Assembly: GCA_963726195.1 (NCBI GenBank) | Contig: CAVSBO010000011.1 | Span: 1-58,178, forward strand | Source of the DNA: Candidatus Thorarchaeota archaeon | Lineage (GTDB): Archaea > Asgardarchaeota > Thorarchaeia > Thorarchaeales > Thorarchaeaceae | DNA length: 58,178 nt | Reading direction: 5' to 3' | Shown: positions 58,178 to 58,178 of the stretch, piece by piece | How positions within the stretch are numbered: position 1 is the stretch's first letter | Layout of the letters: every line of letters starts with the position of its first letter | Program-made: the position numbers and the translations under genes | Notes under the pieces: generated by a model | The model's input: the letters and a program-made list of their open reading frames with translations, nothing else | Databases searched by the model: none | Told to the model about the DNA's origin: nothing

Positions 58178-58178
58178 C

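Noticed and set aside
1-58178. CRISPR array, or Cas12 assignment for the RuvC proteins
   Set aside because: No regularly spaced repeat-spacer array or cas genes were seen, and both proteins have TnpB size and IS context.

Overview
Archaeal chromosomal segment, most likely from an Asgard archaeon (Thorarchaeia-like). This is inferred from the Roadblock/LC7, Get3 and EMC3/TMCO1 genes, the TACK/Asgard-type EndA and the cadherin-like surface-protein tail. In order it contains: a NikR-regulated Ni/Co ECF transporter; a partially duplicated locus with two intron-containing tRNA-His genes flanking decayed genes; mfnA; a beta-propeller surface protein; an F420 cluster (nitroreductase-cofD-cofC); endA and uppP; a non-autonomous IS607-type tnpB element; get3, rpoP, a radical SAM gene, aIF-1, tfb, map, GGGP synthase, hdrA, mobA and hypD; a second tnpB element; a second beta-propeller surface protein; the rpl22-secY-adk-cbf5 ribosomal super-operon with an inserted Hsp20; and RNase P RNA at the end. 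More than a dozen genes, including essential ones, are split by single-base indels, which are most likely long-read consensus errors. The best leads are: (i) a stand-alone FbiB-C/FbiE-like dehydro-F420 reductase in an operon with cofD/cofC; (ii) a second tRNA-His copy with a covarying A19:U56 pair, in a tRNA carrying a D-loop intron; (iii) aIF-1 apparently starting at CUG under an overlapping uORF; (iv) get3 coupled to an unannotated 32-aa single-TM ORF; (v) a TnpB with a RuvC-III D-to-Q change. All calls come from reading motifs by eye; no searches were run.
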